64,000 nucleotides of DNA from contig OX597827.1 in NCBI GenBank assembly GCA_951406725.2, positions 72,602,001 to 72,666,000 of the forward strand. The letters are read 5' to 3'. The first letter of the stretch is position 1. Every line of letters begins with the position of its first letter. This DNA is from Octopus vulgaris (taxonomy: Eukaryota). The notes beneath the pieces were generated by a model, which worked only from the letters and a program-made list of their open reading frames with translations, searched no databases and was not told where the DNA came from. A program made the translations under genes and the position numbers. Shown piece after piece: positions 13,223-26,699 of this stretch.

Positions 13223-16200
13223 ATGTCGTATGTTTGGGGCGATGAGCAATGCTGGAAACAGCAGAAAAGGAATGGAACAACAATGCGAAATGCTACTGGC
13301 AGACGGAGTAGACATTACAACCGTGAATCGGTGGACAGAAGTTATTGTGACAGATTGACCAGAAGAGAACAGTATGATACTTGGAGATCCGGATACGGAT
13401 TTGATGACGAAGAGGAGGAGGAAGAGCGGTTGCGCTATCACAATCAACAACAACAACATCAACAACAGCAGCAGCAGCAGCAGCAACGTTGCAGGCGGAG
13501 TCAAAGGAAAAGGAACGGAATACACGGCAGTATAGCGTCTCTTCCCATCCTGCCATCCTCGTCACTGCGGAGTATCTTGAAGTCCTCATCTTCTGCAGAG
13601 AATTTAATCAATAGTGATTATTTAGACAAAAGAAGTCGAATTGAAGATGATGTTGGTGCCGTTCCCCCGGGGGTGAGGGTCTACTGGATGAGGGATCAAC
13701 AGTTGCGGAAAAGCATCAAACAGGGAAAGAAAGTTCAGTTCCACGAAAACTCGCGAGCGAATAAAAGAAACAAGCAGTATACACGGAGGAGTAATGAAAC
13801 CACGTCTGACGAAGAAGAAGAAAGCGAACTGGAATCTATTTTCCGCAGTGATGAGGAAGCGTATTGCAGGAAAAGACCAGCCACGCCAGTTTTCAGAAGA
13901 AATGTTAAAACTTCATCGAATGGAACAGTGAAGTCTCACTCCAAAAGTCAACAGGATCCCCCTAAAAGTTCCAGAACTCTGCGCAGTAGCTTCAAAGTTT
14001 TTAACGATGCTGATAACAGCCACAGAAATAATGTTCCTTCAAATACCAAAGATCACATTCGTACTCAACAAGATATAATTTCTGCAGCTAAATCATCTCA
14101 GCAGGAAAAATGTCCGTTCACACGTAGTTATACAAAAATGGCTGCTGATACAAATGAAGATATTGTCCAGTTCAATGCCCTCCGTCGTAAGAGCATACAT
14201 AACATCAATTCGTTCGTACGCAGCTCTGCTAGATGTTCCCAACGCAGTAATTTTGGCAACAGGACATCTCAACGAATGCAACGCCCTGTCGCCGATCCAC
14301 GCTCAAGCATCCATAACCTTCCCAATCCGACTTCATCAAACCATGTTCATCTGCAGCAAATATTCAACCCCAACAATCGCGATTTCGATTATTATGACGA
14401 TATGCCACAAATTCCTGTTCGTTCTTGCAAGAAACGCTCCTCAAGCCGCCATTTTCACAACAACAGAAGCGGTTATAACAACATCGATAATAACACAAGT
14501 TATTCTCAAAAACCTCATTACATGGGCGATATAGAAAATGAAGAGACCGCTGACCCACTGCTACAGACTAATGCTGGAAATCAAACTACTCCATTTCAAA
14601 GGTCCTTTTCAACAAGGGAGTATGGTTCGAGGCGAAACACAGAACGAAACAGTCATAACCGAAGCAGTATGAAGCACAGGAGCCACGGACAACAGGTCCA
14701 TTTGACTGATACGACAGGATTACCCAACGATGCAACTATTTCTAATAGACACGAAGAAACATATAATCCTAACGTTTTACGGAATTCTATGCGGAGAAAG
14801 TCATTGTTTAACCCATTACCAAATTCACATTTTATGCCTGAAGCAGATGATTTTAAAACTGAGGAGGATCAACGAACATTATCAATGGAAAACTGTAACA
14901 GCAACAGTAGCAATATGATTAGTTCTAATAATAGTGTGACTATCAATAACAACGGGTTTGGTGACGGTGGAAGAATGGGTGGACTCCGTGGTGTTGAAGA
15001 TTGTAACAGAAATATTACTTCGACTACTTTTGTACCTGGTATCTCACCAACTGAAAGCAGCGACGTTGAAGCAACGCCAGAAGAGCTCCCTTATTGTCCA
15101 TTTTCGAGACCAGTCATCTCAACTGAAGATAAGAATCTCGATCCAACGGATAAAATGATACCTGCAGTGAGAGGAGAACAAAATGGGCGGCCGTCATTGG
15201 CAAGACCATTGGCAGAAGAAGCTGTCGCAGCTGCCCTTCGTCGTTCTGCAAGGCAACGACGAAGCAACAAGTATTTGTCTGTTAAATCCGACCACAGTAG
15301 TTCCTTAAAGAGTTCAGATGTCTCATCTGAATGTAGAGGACGCCAACAAAAACCCCTTTCTGAAGTTTTAGCAAACTCAGTTTCTGTTGCAGAGCAACAA
15401 AAGCAGCCAACAAATTACAACCAGTCTTATCCATATTTATCTCCAGTGACCCCTGTTTATCAATCATCGAAACAGGCCCCTGACGAATCAGAATCCTTTC
15501 ATCAATTCGTTCAGAACCAACAGGAACAGTTTGATCCGACAGAAAACCCAATTCTTTTCCAAAGATCTTCATTTCAGCAAGACACAGCACCCACAGCTGC
15601 CGCTTATCGCCCTTTGCCATCGATACCATCACTTGTTCCACCTTTGACAGAAATGTTTCCCCCAGTGGAAGAGACTACTACATTACCCGAGTTTCTCCCA
15701 TTAAATTGTAACTATAACTTGCCTCTTGGTGTTGTTAAACCACTGCCCATTGTTCTGACTCCGCCGCAAATCCCACCTGAGCTTCTTCCGAAACCCATTC
15801 GAAAATCAGAGCTAAACCCTCGGTGTGACTCAAATGGAGGCCTCACTGTAGCTTCAGACCCTAATGTAGAGGATTCAAAGGAAGTAGTATCGTCAAAAAC
15901 TGCCGATCGTAAAGATGGAAAGGAGAAAGAGAAAAGCGACAAGAAAGACCGAAAGAAGAAGAAAAAGAGGAAGAAGAAAAAGAAGGATAAAAAGAAGAAA
16001 GAGGAAGAAGAAAAGAAAAAGAAAGAACAGAAAGAAAAAAGAGAAGAGAAGGAAAGAGAGAAGTTAAACAGGGAGAAAGAGAAGAATAAGAAGAATAAGA
16101 AGAAAAATACTCAAGAGAAAAAAGTCGTTAAAAACGAATCCAAGTCTGAGATAGGAGACAGTGATGGCAGCGATGCCTATGAGACTCCGCCATCTTCTTT

Positions 16201-16831
16201 GAGAGAGAACAAGAGTTCAGTACGCCATCAGAGGAATAGGTCAGAAGGAAAAGAGACAAAGACAAAGAAACATAGAAAGCAGTCGAAGGAAAGAAAAGAT
16301 TCGAGGAAGAAAACAGTTGGTGAGCACCAGAGAAAGATTTCTTCATCTGAAGGGAATCTTTGTGATGTCCGGGACAACAGATCAGAGGAGAATCGAGGTC
16401 GGAGTTTCACCCGTTTGACGCGTAAAATATCTCATCGCGTTGGTTCTTGGAGTAAGGAACTCAGGCGGTTCTTGAGTTTCAAGGTGGATAGGTCACCTAG
16501 TCCTTGCATGCGTTTCACTGAATCTAACAGCGATGATGGTGAAGAAAATTCCGACAATGGCAACAAACGGAAATTACAAAATGCCAAAGAACCACTTGGC
16601 GTACAGAAGTCTCTGAGTGACATTTCCGACACTTCAGAAGATTTAGACAATCTGGACATCGAATTATCTAAAATCGGTGACGGTAGCTGTGACGACGATG
16701 TCTTAAATTTCTGTGACGAAGGTAAAACTACTCAGATAATGAACTGGCTGCATCAAATGTATTCCACAAACCCAGCAGACTCCAAAATATCCTCAGTAAT
16801 GGCGGCTACAACGGTCGCCACACAGTTTTAG
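13223..16831 (+). CDS. Uncharacterised 1202-aa, predicted intrinsically disordered Ser/Arg/Asn-rich protein with a poly-Q tract, a Pro-rich segment and a Lys/Glu-rich block; single coding exon; candidate PP1-interacting protein
   Basis: 3.6-kb uninterrupted non-microsatellite ORF in AT-rich DNA. In-frame TAG at 13196-13198, ATG in an aaaaccATG context, and a strong splice acceptor upstream at 12853. No recognisable domain or transposon motif. Confidence 0.88.
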   Translation: MSYVWGDEQCWKQQKRNGTTMRNATGRRSRHYNRESVDRSYCDRLTRREQYDTWRSGYGFDDEEEEEERLRYHNQQQQHQQQQQQQQQRCRRSQRKRNGIHGSIASLPILPSSSLRSILKSSSSAENLINSDYLDKRSRIEDDVGAVPPGVRVYWMRDQQLRKSIKQGKKVQFHENSRANKRNKQYTRRSNETTSDEEEESELESIFRSDEEAYCRKRPATPVFRRNVKTSSNGTVKSHSKSQQDPPKSSRTLRSSFKVFNDADNSHRNNVPSNTKDHIRTQQDIISAAKSSQQEKCPFTRSYTKMAADTNEDIVQFNALRRKSIHNINSFVRSSARCSQRSNFGNRTSQRMQRPVADPRSSIHNLPNPTSSNHVHLQQIFNPNNRDFDYYDDMPQIPVRSCKKRSSSRHFHNNRSGYNNIDNNTSYSQKPHYMGDIENEETADPLLQTNAGNQTTPFQRSFSTREYGSRRNTERNSHNRSSMKHRSHGQQVHLTDTTGLPNDATISNRHEETYNPNVLRNSMRRKSLFNPLPNSHFMPEADDFKTEEDQRTLSMENCNSNSSNMISSNNSVTINNNGFGDGGRMGGLRGVEDCNRNITSTTFVPGISPTESSDVEATPEELPYCPFSRPVISTEDKNLDPTDKMIPAVRGEQNGRPSLARPLAEEAVAAALRRSARQRRSNKYLSVKSDHSSSLKSSDVSSECRGRQQKPLSEVLANSVSVAEQQKQPTNYNQSYPYLSPVTPVYQSSKQAPDESESFHQFVQNQQEQFDPTENPILFQRSSFQQDTAPTAAAYRPLPSIPSLVPPLTEMFPPVEETTTLPEFLPLNCNYNLPLGVVKPLPIVLTPPQIPPELLPKPIRKSELNPRCDSNGGLTVASDPNVEDSKEVVSSKTADRKDGKEKEKSDKKDRKKKKKRKKKKKDKKKKEEEEKKKKEQKEKREEKEREKLNREKEKNKKNKKKNTQEKKVVKNESKSEIGDSDGSDAYETPPSSLRENKSSVRHQRNRSEGKETKTKKHRKQSKERKDSRKKTVGEHQRKISSSEGNLCDVRDNRSEENRGRSFTRLTRKISHRVGSWSKELRRFLSFKVDRSPSPCMRFTESNSDDGEENSDNGNKRKLQNAKEPLGVQKSLSDISDTSEDLDNLDIELSKIGDGSCDDDVLNFCDEGKTTQIMNWLHQMYSTNPADSKISSVMAATTVATQF

Positions 16832-17154
16832 AGCGACCATATTGGATGATGTGCGCGGAGACAAAATAATATAAAATAACGATAATAATGGTTTCAGATT
16901 GAGACACGAAGCCAGTAATTTGGAGGGAAAGGGGTCAGTCGATGCCATCGGCCCCTGTGTGGGTGTGTGGTCAAGGAGTTTGCTTCGTAATTGCGTAGAC
17001 TTCGATTTGATCTCACTTTGGCAAGTGTCTTCGACCCTGGCTTCAGTTTGACCGCTACTTTGTAAGTAAATGGAAACTGTGTGGAAGGCCTTCGTTTGAC
17101 CTGTGCGAGTGTGTGCACGTGAGTATGTATGTATATATGTATGTATGTATAAGC

Positions 17155-17199
<45 letters not shown>

Positions 17200-18397
17200 T
17201 ACACATGCATACGTGTATATATGTTTGTGAAGGCGTTCTCTGGGAAAATAGCGCTGTATCAAACCCAAAATAATTCTGCGTGTCAGTTGTTGACTGATCT
17301 TGTCTTTCTTTCTCTTCCGAGGTCAGTGAAAGACATATCAGCTAAAAGTATTGTAGACAATTCAACCACCAAAATCCTTTGAAGTCGGTGCATTAGAATG
17401 GCTGCAGTTCTACGACTGAAACTAGTAAAAGAATTAAAGAACGAATCGTCTGCAAATGAAAGTGCAACGCCAACCAAAAAAAAAAAAAAGAAAGAAAAAA
17501 AGAGACAAATAGAAAAAGTTTAAATGTTCGTTCGCGCGTATTTCAAGTCTCAGATTTTCGTCTGTGATAAGAAATTTTATTTATGAAACCATTAACATTT
17601 TTGTTTTTGTTTCAAATCTATGCATTTTGAAATTTCTGAAGACGAAAGCCCGGAATTTAAGCAAGAAATAGAAGCAATGTTGTGCTTAGGACATTATAAA
17701 TTAGAAAATTTATCCGAACTAATGTGCAGCTTGTTTTCATTTTGCTAAAAGGCAAAACAGTGATGCCAGCTAAAAACATTCTCATGTATTGGAAACCGAA
17801 CCCGCTTTGTTAGCTTCAAAAGTTCAGAATATTGTAATTTTTGGTTATTATTATTATCATCTACAGGTCATGTTGTTGTTTAACCCCAATTCGGCCCGTC
17901 TTTTTTTTTTTTTTTTTTGAAGATCATAGAATGAAGTCTGAAGAACAATAAGCTGCTATTTCTAGCAGATAAAGTAGCTACATATAGATTATTATTCCTC
18001 CTAGGTTCAAAGTGTCATGACGATTGAATCTGGTTAAGAAAATCAAGGGAGATAACTGTCAAACTCTGTCGTACACCCATGGTCACGGATTGTCGTCGTC
18101 GGTGGTGGTTTGTCTCACTTATGTTGTAATTGTTATTGTTGTTATTATAGTTGTAAAAAAAAAAGAAAAGAAAACGAGGCGATGAAGTGTGGGAATAGTA
18201 AACTACCCCAAAAAATGCCCAAGATGAAGAAAATTATTATTTTTTATTGACAAGAGTAAAGAAACTTGCTTCTCAACCACATAATTCCGGGTTCAGTCCC
18301 ACTGCGTGGTACCTTGGGCAAGTGTCTTCTACTATAGTCTCGGGTCAATCAAAGCCTTGTGAATGGATTTAATAGACGAAAACTGAAAGAAGCCCGT

Positions 18398-18458
<61 letters not shown>

Positions 18459-18471
18459 GTATATATATATG

Positions 18472-18530
<59 letters not shown>

Positions 18531-19919
18531 GTATGTATGTATGTATTTGTGTGTCTGTGTTTGTCCTCTCACCATCACTTGACAACCGATGCTGGTATGT
18601 TTACGTCCCCGTAACTTAGCCGTTCGGCAAAAGAGACGGACAGAATAAGTACTAGGCTTACAAAGAATAAGTCCTGGGGTTGATTTGTTCAACCAAAGAC
18701 GGTGCTCCAGCCTGGCCGCAGTTAAAATGACTGAAATGACCTACAAAACGTTGGCAGAAAATTGAGCCGATTCTAGAAATGCTTAGTGTTACTTTTATTA
18801 ACGATTTTATTGCTTTTGGTGTTGTTGTAGGGGTCGAGCTTGACCCTGCCTGAGATTTGAAACTCTCGACCCACTAGGACCTGCGCTGGTCAAGGAGAGG
18901 TCAAGCTAGATCCCTACATTGTTATTATTGTTGTTGCTATTACTAGTGATGTTATTTTTGTTCTTTTTGCTGTTTTTTTTTTATGTTTGTTGTTTAGCCC
19001 CGGGTCAGTTCCGATCGATCCGATCAAAAGGGCCATTATGTTTTTTTTTTTCTCCTTTCTTAATTTTTCGTTTCAGTCAATGTATATCCCATATTTTAAG
19101 ATAACATGTTGTGATTTTGAGGGAAATTTGGCTGCTACTTCTAGCAAGTGAAACAACCCAACCATATAAAAACGCCCTCATTCTTTTGCTGCTGCTGCTG
19201 CTGTTCATGAAGCTTCTGCTGCTGTTGCCCATAATGCTGCTGCTCTTGTTGCTGTTGCTGTTGCTGTCTTTGTTGTTGTTGTTTTTGTTTTTGTTGTTGT
19301 TGTGGAGTGGCAGCACCGAATCAGTTGTGGCTGAAACAGTCGAACAACATCAAAGCAGTTAACCAAACAGAAGATACACCACCACAATGAATCACACGCA
19401 TTAACTCTAACCCCCAGGTACTGTCAACATCTACAACCATCCACCCATGACCGTGTACTATCTGGGTGCTAATTTAATCAACCTTTGCGACCAACCATGA
19501 CAAACACTCAAACCATGCCCCCTCCACCCACCGAAAAAAAAAGAAAGAAAAAGATAAAGAAGCAACTTGACTGTCTTAAATGAAACTCAGGGACTTTGAA
19601 ATTCATTGAGATATTGAATAATCAACTAGTTCTATCTGGTCTGTACTTGTTCAGGCTGGTCTTCACCAGTTCAGTTTCCTCCAATCCAATCCAGTACAGT
19701 TTTACTAGAGCTGTTTGGTAGAATCATATCTCATCCAGCACAATTTAGATACGTTGTTAGAAATCTAGATATTTCTTGTTCAAACCAGTTTATTCTAATG
19801 AAGTTTACTATATCACTATCTACCCAGATCAATCTGGAATAGACTGGTCTAACCTAATCCAGTTATCTCTGATCCAGTCAGTGCCAAACTTTTAGGGTCG
19901 TTATTGATCCATGTGATGC

Positions 19920-20160
19920 ATTGTGTATCACATGACTTACAACAGTGGTCACATGACATAGAGAAGTTGTGAGACAGACAATAATGGTCACATGACTGAC
20001 AATGCTGAACATGTGACCTATAGTGTTGGTTATGTGACTGACAACACTGAACATGTGATAGACAACATTGGTCACATGATTGACATCATTGGTTATGGGG
20101 CAGACAGCTGTGGTCACATGACTAATAAAAGTGGTCACATGATGAGTCCTTAGAATCATG
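19920..20160. repeat. Degenerate tandem repeat built on ggtcacatgac / catgtgac
   Basis: Recurrent tggtcacatgac at spacings of roughly 20-40 bp. Confidence 0.6.
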
Positions 20161-20259
20161 ACACGAAGTAGAGTAAATATATGAAATCTATTCCAAATGT
20201 CAACTGGTGGCCCAGGGTGGGAATATACCATAACAATAGTAGTTATAGTGTTGATGGTG

Positions 20260-21062
20260 ATGGTGATGAGAACATTATCAATGACAGAAAAGATTGTGTT
20301 GATGATAATGATGACAATGACAACAAGAATAATTATGATGATGATGATGATGATGATGATGATAGTGATGATGAAAAATATGAAGATAATGATCACTTGT
20401 TAATGATGATGAAGATGACGACAATGCAAATGAATGATGATGATGATGCTGATGATGACTATAATGATGATGGAAATGAAGATGATGATGAGGATAAAGA
20501 TGATGATAATGATGACAACAATGATGATAATGATGACAACAATGATGATGGTAGTGATGATGATAGTGATGATGATGATGACGACGATGATGATGATGAT
20601 GATGATGATGATGTTGATGATGATGATGATGTTGATGATGATGATGATGATGATTACGATGATAATTGCGATGAGGACAATAATGATGATGATGATGATG
20701 ATGATGATTAAAATTAGAATTGTATTAAGGTAAACCATGCAAGGTTATGAGAATTCATTAAAGTAACAAAGCAGTATTATTATCAATTATTATTATTATT
20801 ATTATCAATTATTATTATTATTATTATTATTATTAGCAATAATTATAGCAATAAATTTTTATTCTTTCCATTTATAAAGAAATACATTTAAAAAAAATGC
20901 ATGATAGTTTAGATATGTATGTATACATGCAAATGTTAGTATGAACATGTATACATATGCATAAATAACTCTTCATATACAATTACATATACATGTGTAT
21001 ATAAATATATAAATATATACACATATATATAAATGAATAAATGAATAAATAGATTGACATAC

Positions 21063-21111
<49 letters not shown>

Positions 21112-21659
21112 CAGATGCACACACATACACATATATGTATAATGCATATTCATTTATATATGTGTGTGTGTGTGTGTATGTATACAGGTGTGTGGAGATG
21201 ACCAAGAACTGATACAAATAACATTTTGTGCCGGAGAAAACCTACCCACCTACCCATATAGATTCACTTGCTGTGCAGTAAAATTTTATATAATATGTAA
21301 TTTAGCAGATAATTTTAGGGTTTCTGAGCTTAAATATATGCTTATATATAACACTATACATCTATGCATATATAACACATATATGTGTGTGTATATATAT
21401 ATGACTATATAGGTGTGTATGATATAGATATATGGGTGGGTGTGTGTGCTTACATATGTATATGTATATATGTATGGCTACACATACGCATGCATGCATG
21501 CACACAAACATTTTTCTATTCCTACGAATGTGTTTTCATAAGGAGTTGCCCTATGTAAACACATTCATGCAGGAATATATATACACACACACACACATAT
21601 ATATGCATATATATATATACATACGTATATATGTATATGCATATATATATACATGTGTG

Positions 21660-21712
<53 letters not shown>

Positions 21713-21873
21713 ACACATATACACATGCACATACACATACATTCAGGTATACACATTTATATATATAATATTAGGTCTGATCTTCACATAAGCACGCACA
21801 CGAAGACACACACACAAATACACACTAGTTGCACACACACGCACACACACACACACACATATGTATATGTATA

Positions 21874-21929
<56 letters not shown>

Positions 21930-21951
21930 CACACATATATATATATGTATG

Positions 21952-22002
<51 letters not shown>

Positions 22003-22593
22003 CCATGTGTGTATGTGTGTGCGTTTACATATTTAATTAGTTAATTAATTAATTAATCGCCCACATACATATGTGGATTTGTGGCTTTCTTCTATTTCGC
22101 TTAAAAAAAATATTTTCGACAGATCATAATATGAGATGTGACTATGCAGTTATTGTGCATCACCTGCATTTCAACTGCATTTCTACCATGTAAGAAAGGA
22201 CAACACGGCCACACTCTGTCTGTTTGACAGAAAGCTGGTTTCAATCCCCACCTAAAGATCTCTTACTGGCCCCCACCAGAGGATGTTTATTAGGTGAGCT
22301 GTGATAGTAAATTAGGGAGCTGGCAGTGGTTAACATGGGCATCATTGCAGACTTGTTCGTAAGTGATGCCCAGAGCTGCTGAGACGGTACTGTATCTAAG
22401 ATCCTGTCATCATCTTTGTTGTTGTCATTGCTACTGTGGTCATCGTCATCATCATCATCATCACCAATGTCATCATCATCATTGTTGTCATCATCATCAT
22501 CACCAATGTCATCATCATCATCATCATCATTGTTGTCATCCTCCTTACTGTTTCTAATTGCTGCCATTGTTGTCATTGCTGTCGCCAGCACTG

Positions 22594-22635
<42 letters not shown>

Positions 22636-23000
22636 CCAGTGTCGTAGTCATCATCGTTATCATTATCCTCAACATCGTCATCATTGTCATTTTCATCATC
22701 ATCATTGACAGCACCATCATCATAACTGTTATCATCATCGTTAGCATCAATACTATCGGTATCATTGTTGTCATTGCTTCTTCTCTGCCTCTGCTTCTTA
22801 ATCATCATCATCATCATCATCATCATCAAGTTCATTGCAACTATCACCACTACCACTACTGTCATCAGCCCTAACACCTTTTGCAATATTGACCACCATC
22901 ACCACCACCACCACCACCACCACCCACAACAACAACACTGCCGGCAATATTTCCATCACCACCACCACATCCAGCACCATCAAAAATGCGTCACTCAACA
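20260..23000. repeat. Intergenic block of (GAT)n, (TA/CA)n and (CAT)n microsatellites
   Basis: Directly visible. Confidence 0.85.
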
Positions 23001-24424
23001 CCAACAATTCTAACACCCTTAATCTCTTTCATTGCCCCCATCAGTCCCCTTGCTCCTATTCCCTCCAATTTCAATGTTCCCATCACCACCACCACCATAC
23101 TGGGCCCCTAGCTGGCATGCTAAATCTGAAGACCCTCCCCACCTTCTAAACAATACAGAAACCTTAAGTTTGTAGTTGCTCCAGTTCTCTAACTGGTAAA
23201 AATGAGTTGTGCCTGGAATTCAAAGGGGCCGGCCCTGTCACTTTCTGTGTCATGCTGAATTTTTTTGAGAACTTCATGAAGGGTATGCGTGTCTGAGGAA
23301 TGCTCAGCCACTTGCATGTTAATTTCACAATTCTCTGCCAGATCAAGATTGGAGCCTGGTGCAGCCATCTGGTTCGCCAGCCCTCAGTCAAAATCATCCA
23401 ACCCATGCTAGCATGGAAAGCGGACGTTAAACGATGATGATGATGATGATGATGACGATGATCAGATCAACTGGAACCTTAGTCATTGTAATCGGTGGAG
23501 TGACTGTTTTTTTACATCTTTCTGAGATATACAGCTGTTTTTTAAGCGTCAGGTACATTGCTCTAAACTCAACACAAGAGGCTAAAATATCAAAGTAAAT
23601 GAATGAATATCAAAGCTAAAGTTTGGTGATCAGGGTACATGAGACCATCATGTACAGCTATGGCTCAGATGTCAGGGTACATATGACTTGCTTTGTACAG
23701 CTGACTGGTTGTTGTGAGGGTACATAACAGAGTATACAGCTGACACACTGTCCAAAGGGTACTTCTTGTGTAATACTGCTAAATCATCAACATTTTCTCA
23801 AACAGCACAGAAAGATGTAGAGTGGTTCATAGAGCAAAGTGTATAGTAATTCCAATGCTGAGACCCCCTTTGGTCATCAAACGTAAGGGGGTAGGAAACA
23901 TACTGTTTAAACAATGGTGTGGTAACTACCTCCCACCCAACTGCCAAATTTTAAAAACAGATTTTGCATAGGGATACGGCATTGTTAAAGATGATACTGC
24001 AAGAAGATATAGCACTGTCTTAGGTGAGATAACACACTCTTGGGTGATGTACAGTACTGTACTGAGACAAGTCATATCACATTGTAAGGAGATATATCAG
24101 GCTTAAAGAAGACTTATTGTTAAGTTAAGATCAACAAATAATAGTCAGTAAGTTGATACATCATACTAAAACACTTGACCCAAACACATCTGTATTGACC
24201 AGTTGGGGACTGTAACTAAGAATAAGACTAAATCCTTAAGGGACAGACGACTAAATAACTGACACGTCCAGTACTCATTCATTAGTTCCATGTATAAACG
24301 AATAGCAATTAATTACTGTTCTATTGATAATTATCCCTACACCCTTATTTTTACCTTTATATTCCATACAAGGATTTGTTGTATTTCTTTTATACATTTG
24401 TGCCATATATATATATATATACAT

Positions 24425-24475
<51 letters not shown>

Positions 24476-25367
24476 TACATACATAAACACACATATATAT
24501 ATATATATATATATACATACATACTTTTATACAGGCATGCCTGGATGTTATCTCTCTACATATATGTTGTGTGTATAAATATATATATATATATTTACAC
24601 ACACACACAAACACACATGCTTCATACACATCATATATGTATGTATAAATGTGTATGTATGTATGTATGTACGTATGCTTGATGTTTCATATCATATTGT
24701 CATCAAGATTCTCTTGTACAATAAAATATTTGTATCTTCTCTTTCAAGTCTGCTACAAAATAAAAGATGAATTCAAGACATTTGAAATAAAACAGGAAAA
24801 CAAATCGTTTGTTGTTGTTGTTGTTCTTCTTCATACAAGTATCCCCCCTCCCTCCAATACCATTCTTTTATTTGTTTCAGTCATTTGACTGCAGCCATGC
24901 TGGAGCACCGCCTTTAGTCGAGCAAATCACTCCCAGGACTTATTCTTTGTAAGCCTAATACTTATTCTATCAGTCTCTTTTGCCAAACTGCTAAGTTGGA
25001 ACAAACACAGACACATGAGAACATACACATACATATTTATATACTATGGGCTTCTTTCAGTTTCTGTCTACCAAATCCAATCACAAAGCTATAGTAGAAG
25101 ACACTTGCTCAAGGTGCCATGCAGTGGGACTGAACCCGGAACCATGTGGTTGGTAAGCAAGCTACTTACCACATTGCCACTCCTGCACCTATAGATTGAC
25201 TAACTATGTTTCTCATAGTTATACAGCATACCAACCACATGGTTCTGGGTTCAGTCCTACTGTGTGGCATCTTGGGCAAGTGTCTTCTACTATAGCCTCG
25301 GGCCTACCAAAGCCTTGTGAGTGGATTTGGTAGACGGAAACTGAAAGAAGCCCGTCGTGTGTGTGTG

Positions 25368-25400
<33 letters not shown>

Positions 25401-26699
25401 AAGTTTGTGTGTCTATTTGTCACTCCGACATCGCTTGACAACCAACGCTGGTGTGTTTACGTCCGCATAACTTAGTGGTTCGGCAAAAGAGACTGATAGA
25501 ATAAGTACTAGGCTTGCAAAGAATAAGTCCTGGGGTCGATTTGCTCGACTAAAGGCGGTGCTCCAGCACGGTTGCAGTCAAATGACTGAAACAAGTAAAA
25601 GAATAAAAGAATAAAGATGAACTTGTTAGATGTGATTCTACATGAAGTCTTGAATGGTCATTTTTTTGGGGGGGTAATATTCTAGCAAATCATGATTGTA
25701 TTGTTGAGTTGTTTGTTTACATGGGATACAGTTATCTGGGTTCAGTTGCTAAATATTCCTGCTACAGGGTTATTAGTTGTTGAGGGCTGAAATAACAGCC
25801 AGGTCCCTTTCAAATACATCCTATCATCATGAAAAAGAAAACAATCACATCGGATGGTGTAGTATTTGATATTCAAAAGCAGAGAATGGTTACAGATGGA
25901 ACATCAATGGTGATAGGTCTATGCAATCAAAGCAGTCGGTAGTTATACAACAACAACAGCAACAATAGCAGTAAAGACAGCAACAACAGCACAATGGCCC
26001 AGTGGTTAGGGCAGTGGACACGCGGTCGTAAGAACATGGTTTCGATTCCCAGAGAGGGCATTGTGAGTGTTTATTGAGCAAAAACACCTAAGCTCCATGA
26101 GGCTCCTGGGGTGGGGGAATGAAGCCCGCTGTACTCTTTCACCACAACTTTCTCTCACTCTTTCTTCCTACTTCTGCCGCAAAGCAGAGGAACCATGGTG
26201 TAACCCACTATGGTGTGGTAAACTTTCAGACCCTAATCTAGATTGCAAATCCTCTGTACCCCAGAATGGTTCAGCTCTCCACCCATTAAAATCCACCGTT
26301 TACGGGATGAGGATAACAATGTAGCTTTCGTGCCCATGCAACCACCAGTCTATCATTTATGGTGGGTGGATCTTCAAGTTGCCGCATGCATTCTTAGTAG
26401 CTTAGAGTAGGCTCGAATTAGAGATTATTTTTTGTGGCTAATGGCATGACTCCTGATTGGGAGAAGAAGAAAAAGAAGAAGACAACAGTGCAAACACATG
26501 TAAACTAAAATAAATAAATAAAAAAGCTGCTCGTATTTTTCAAAAATATCTTTATTCCATTTAATTTATTTAAATTATATTTTCATAGAAAAGAGATAAA
26601 AATAGAGGTCAGAAATTTTACATCATGAATATATAGAGTCTGTTTAGATGTGTAAATTTACACACTGAATTTTTTTATGTACAGAGTAAAGATTAGAGT

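Noticed and set aside
13172-16659. Antisense and alternative-frame ORFs overlapping the 1202-aa CDS
   Set aside because: Shadow ORFs expected from a long coding sequence with low-complexity tracts.
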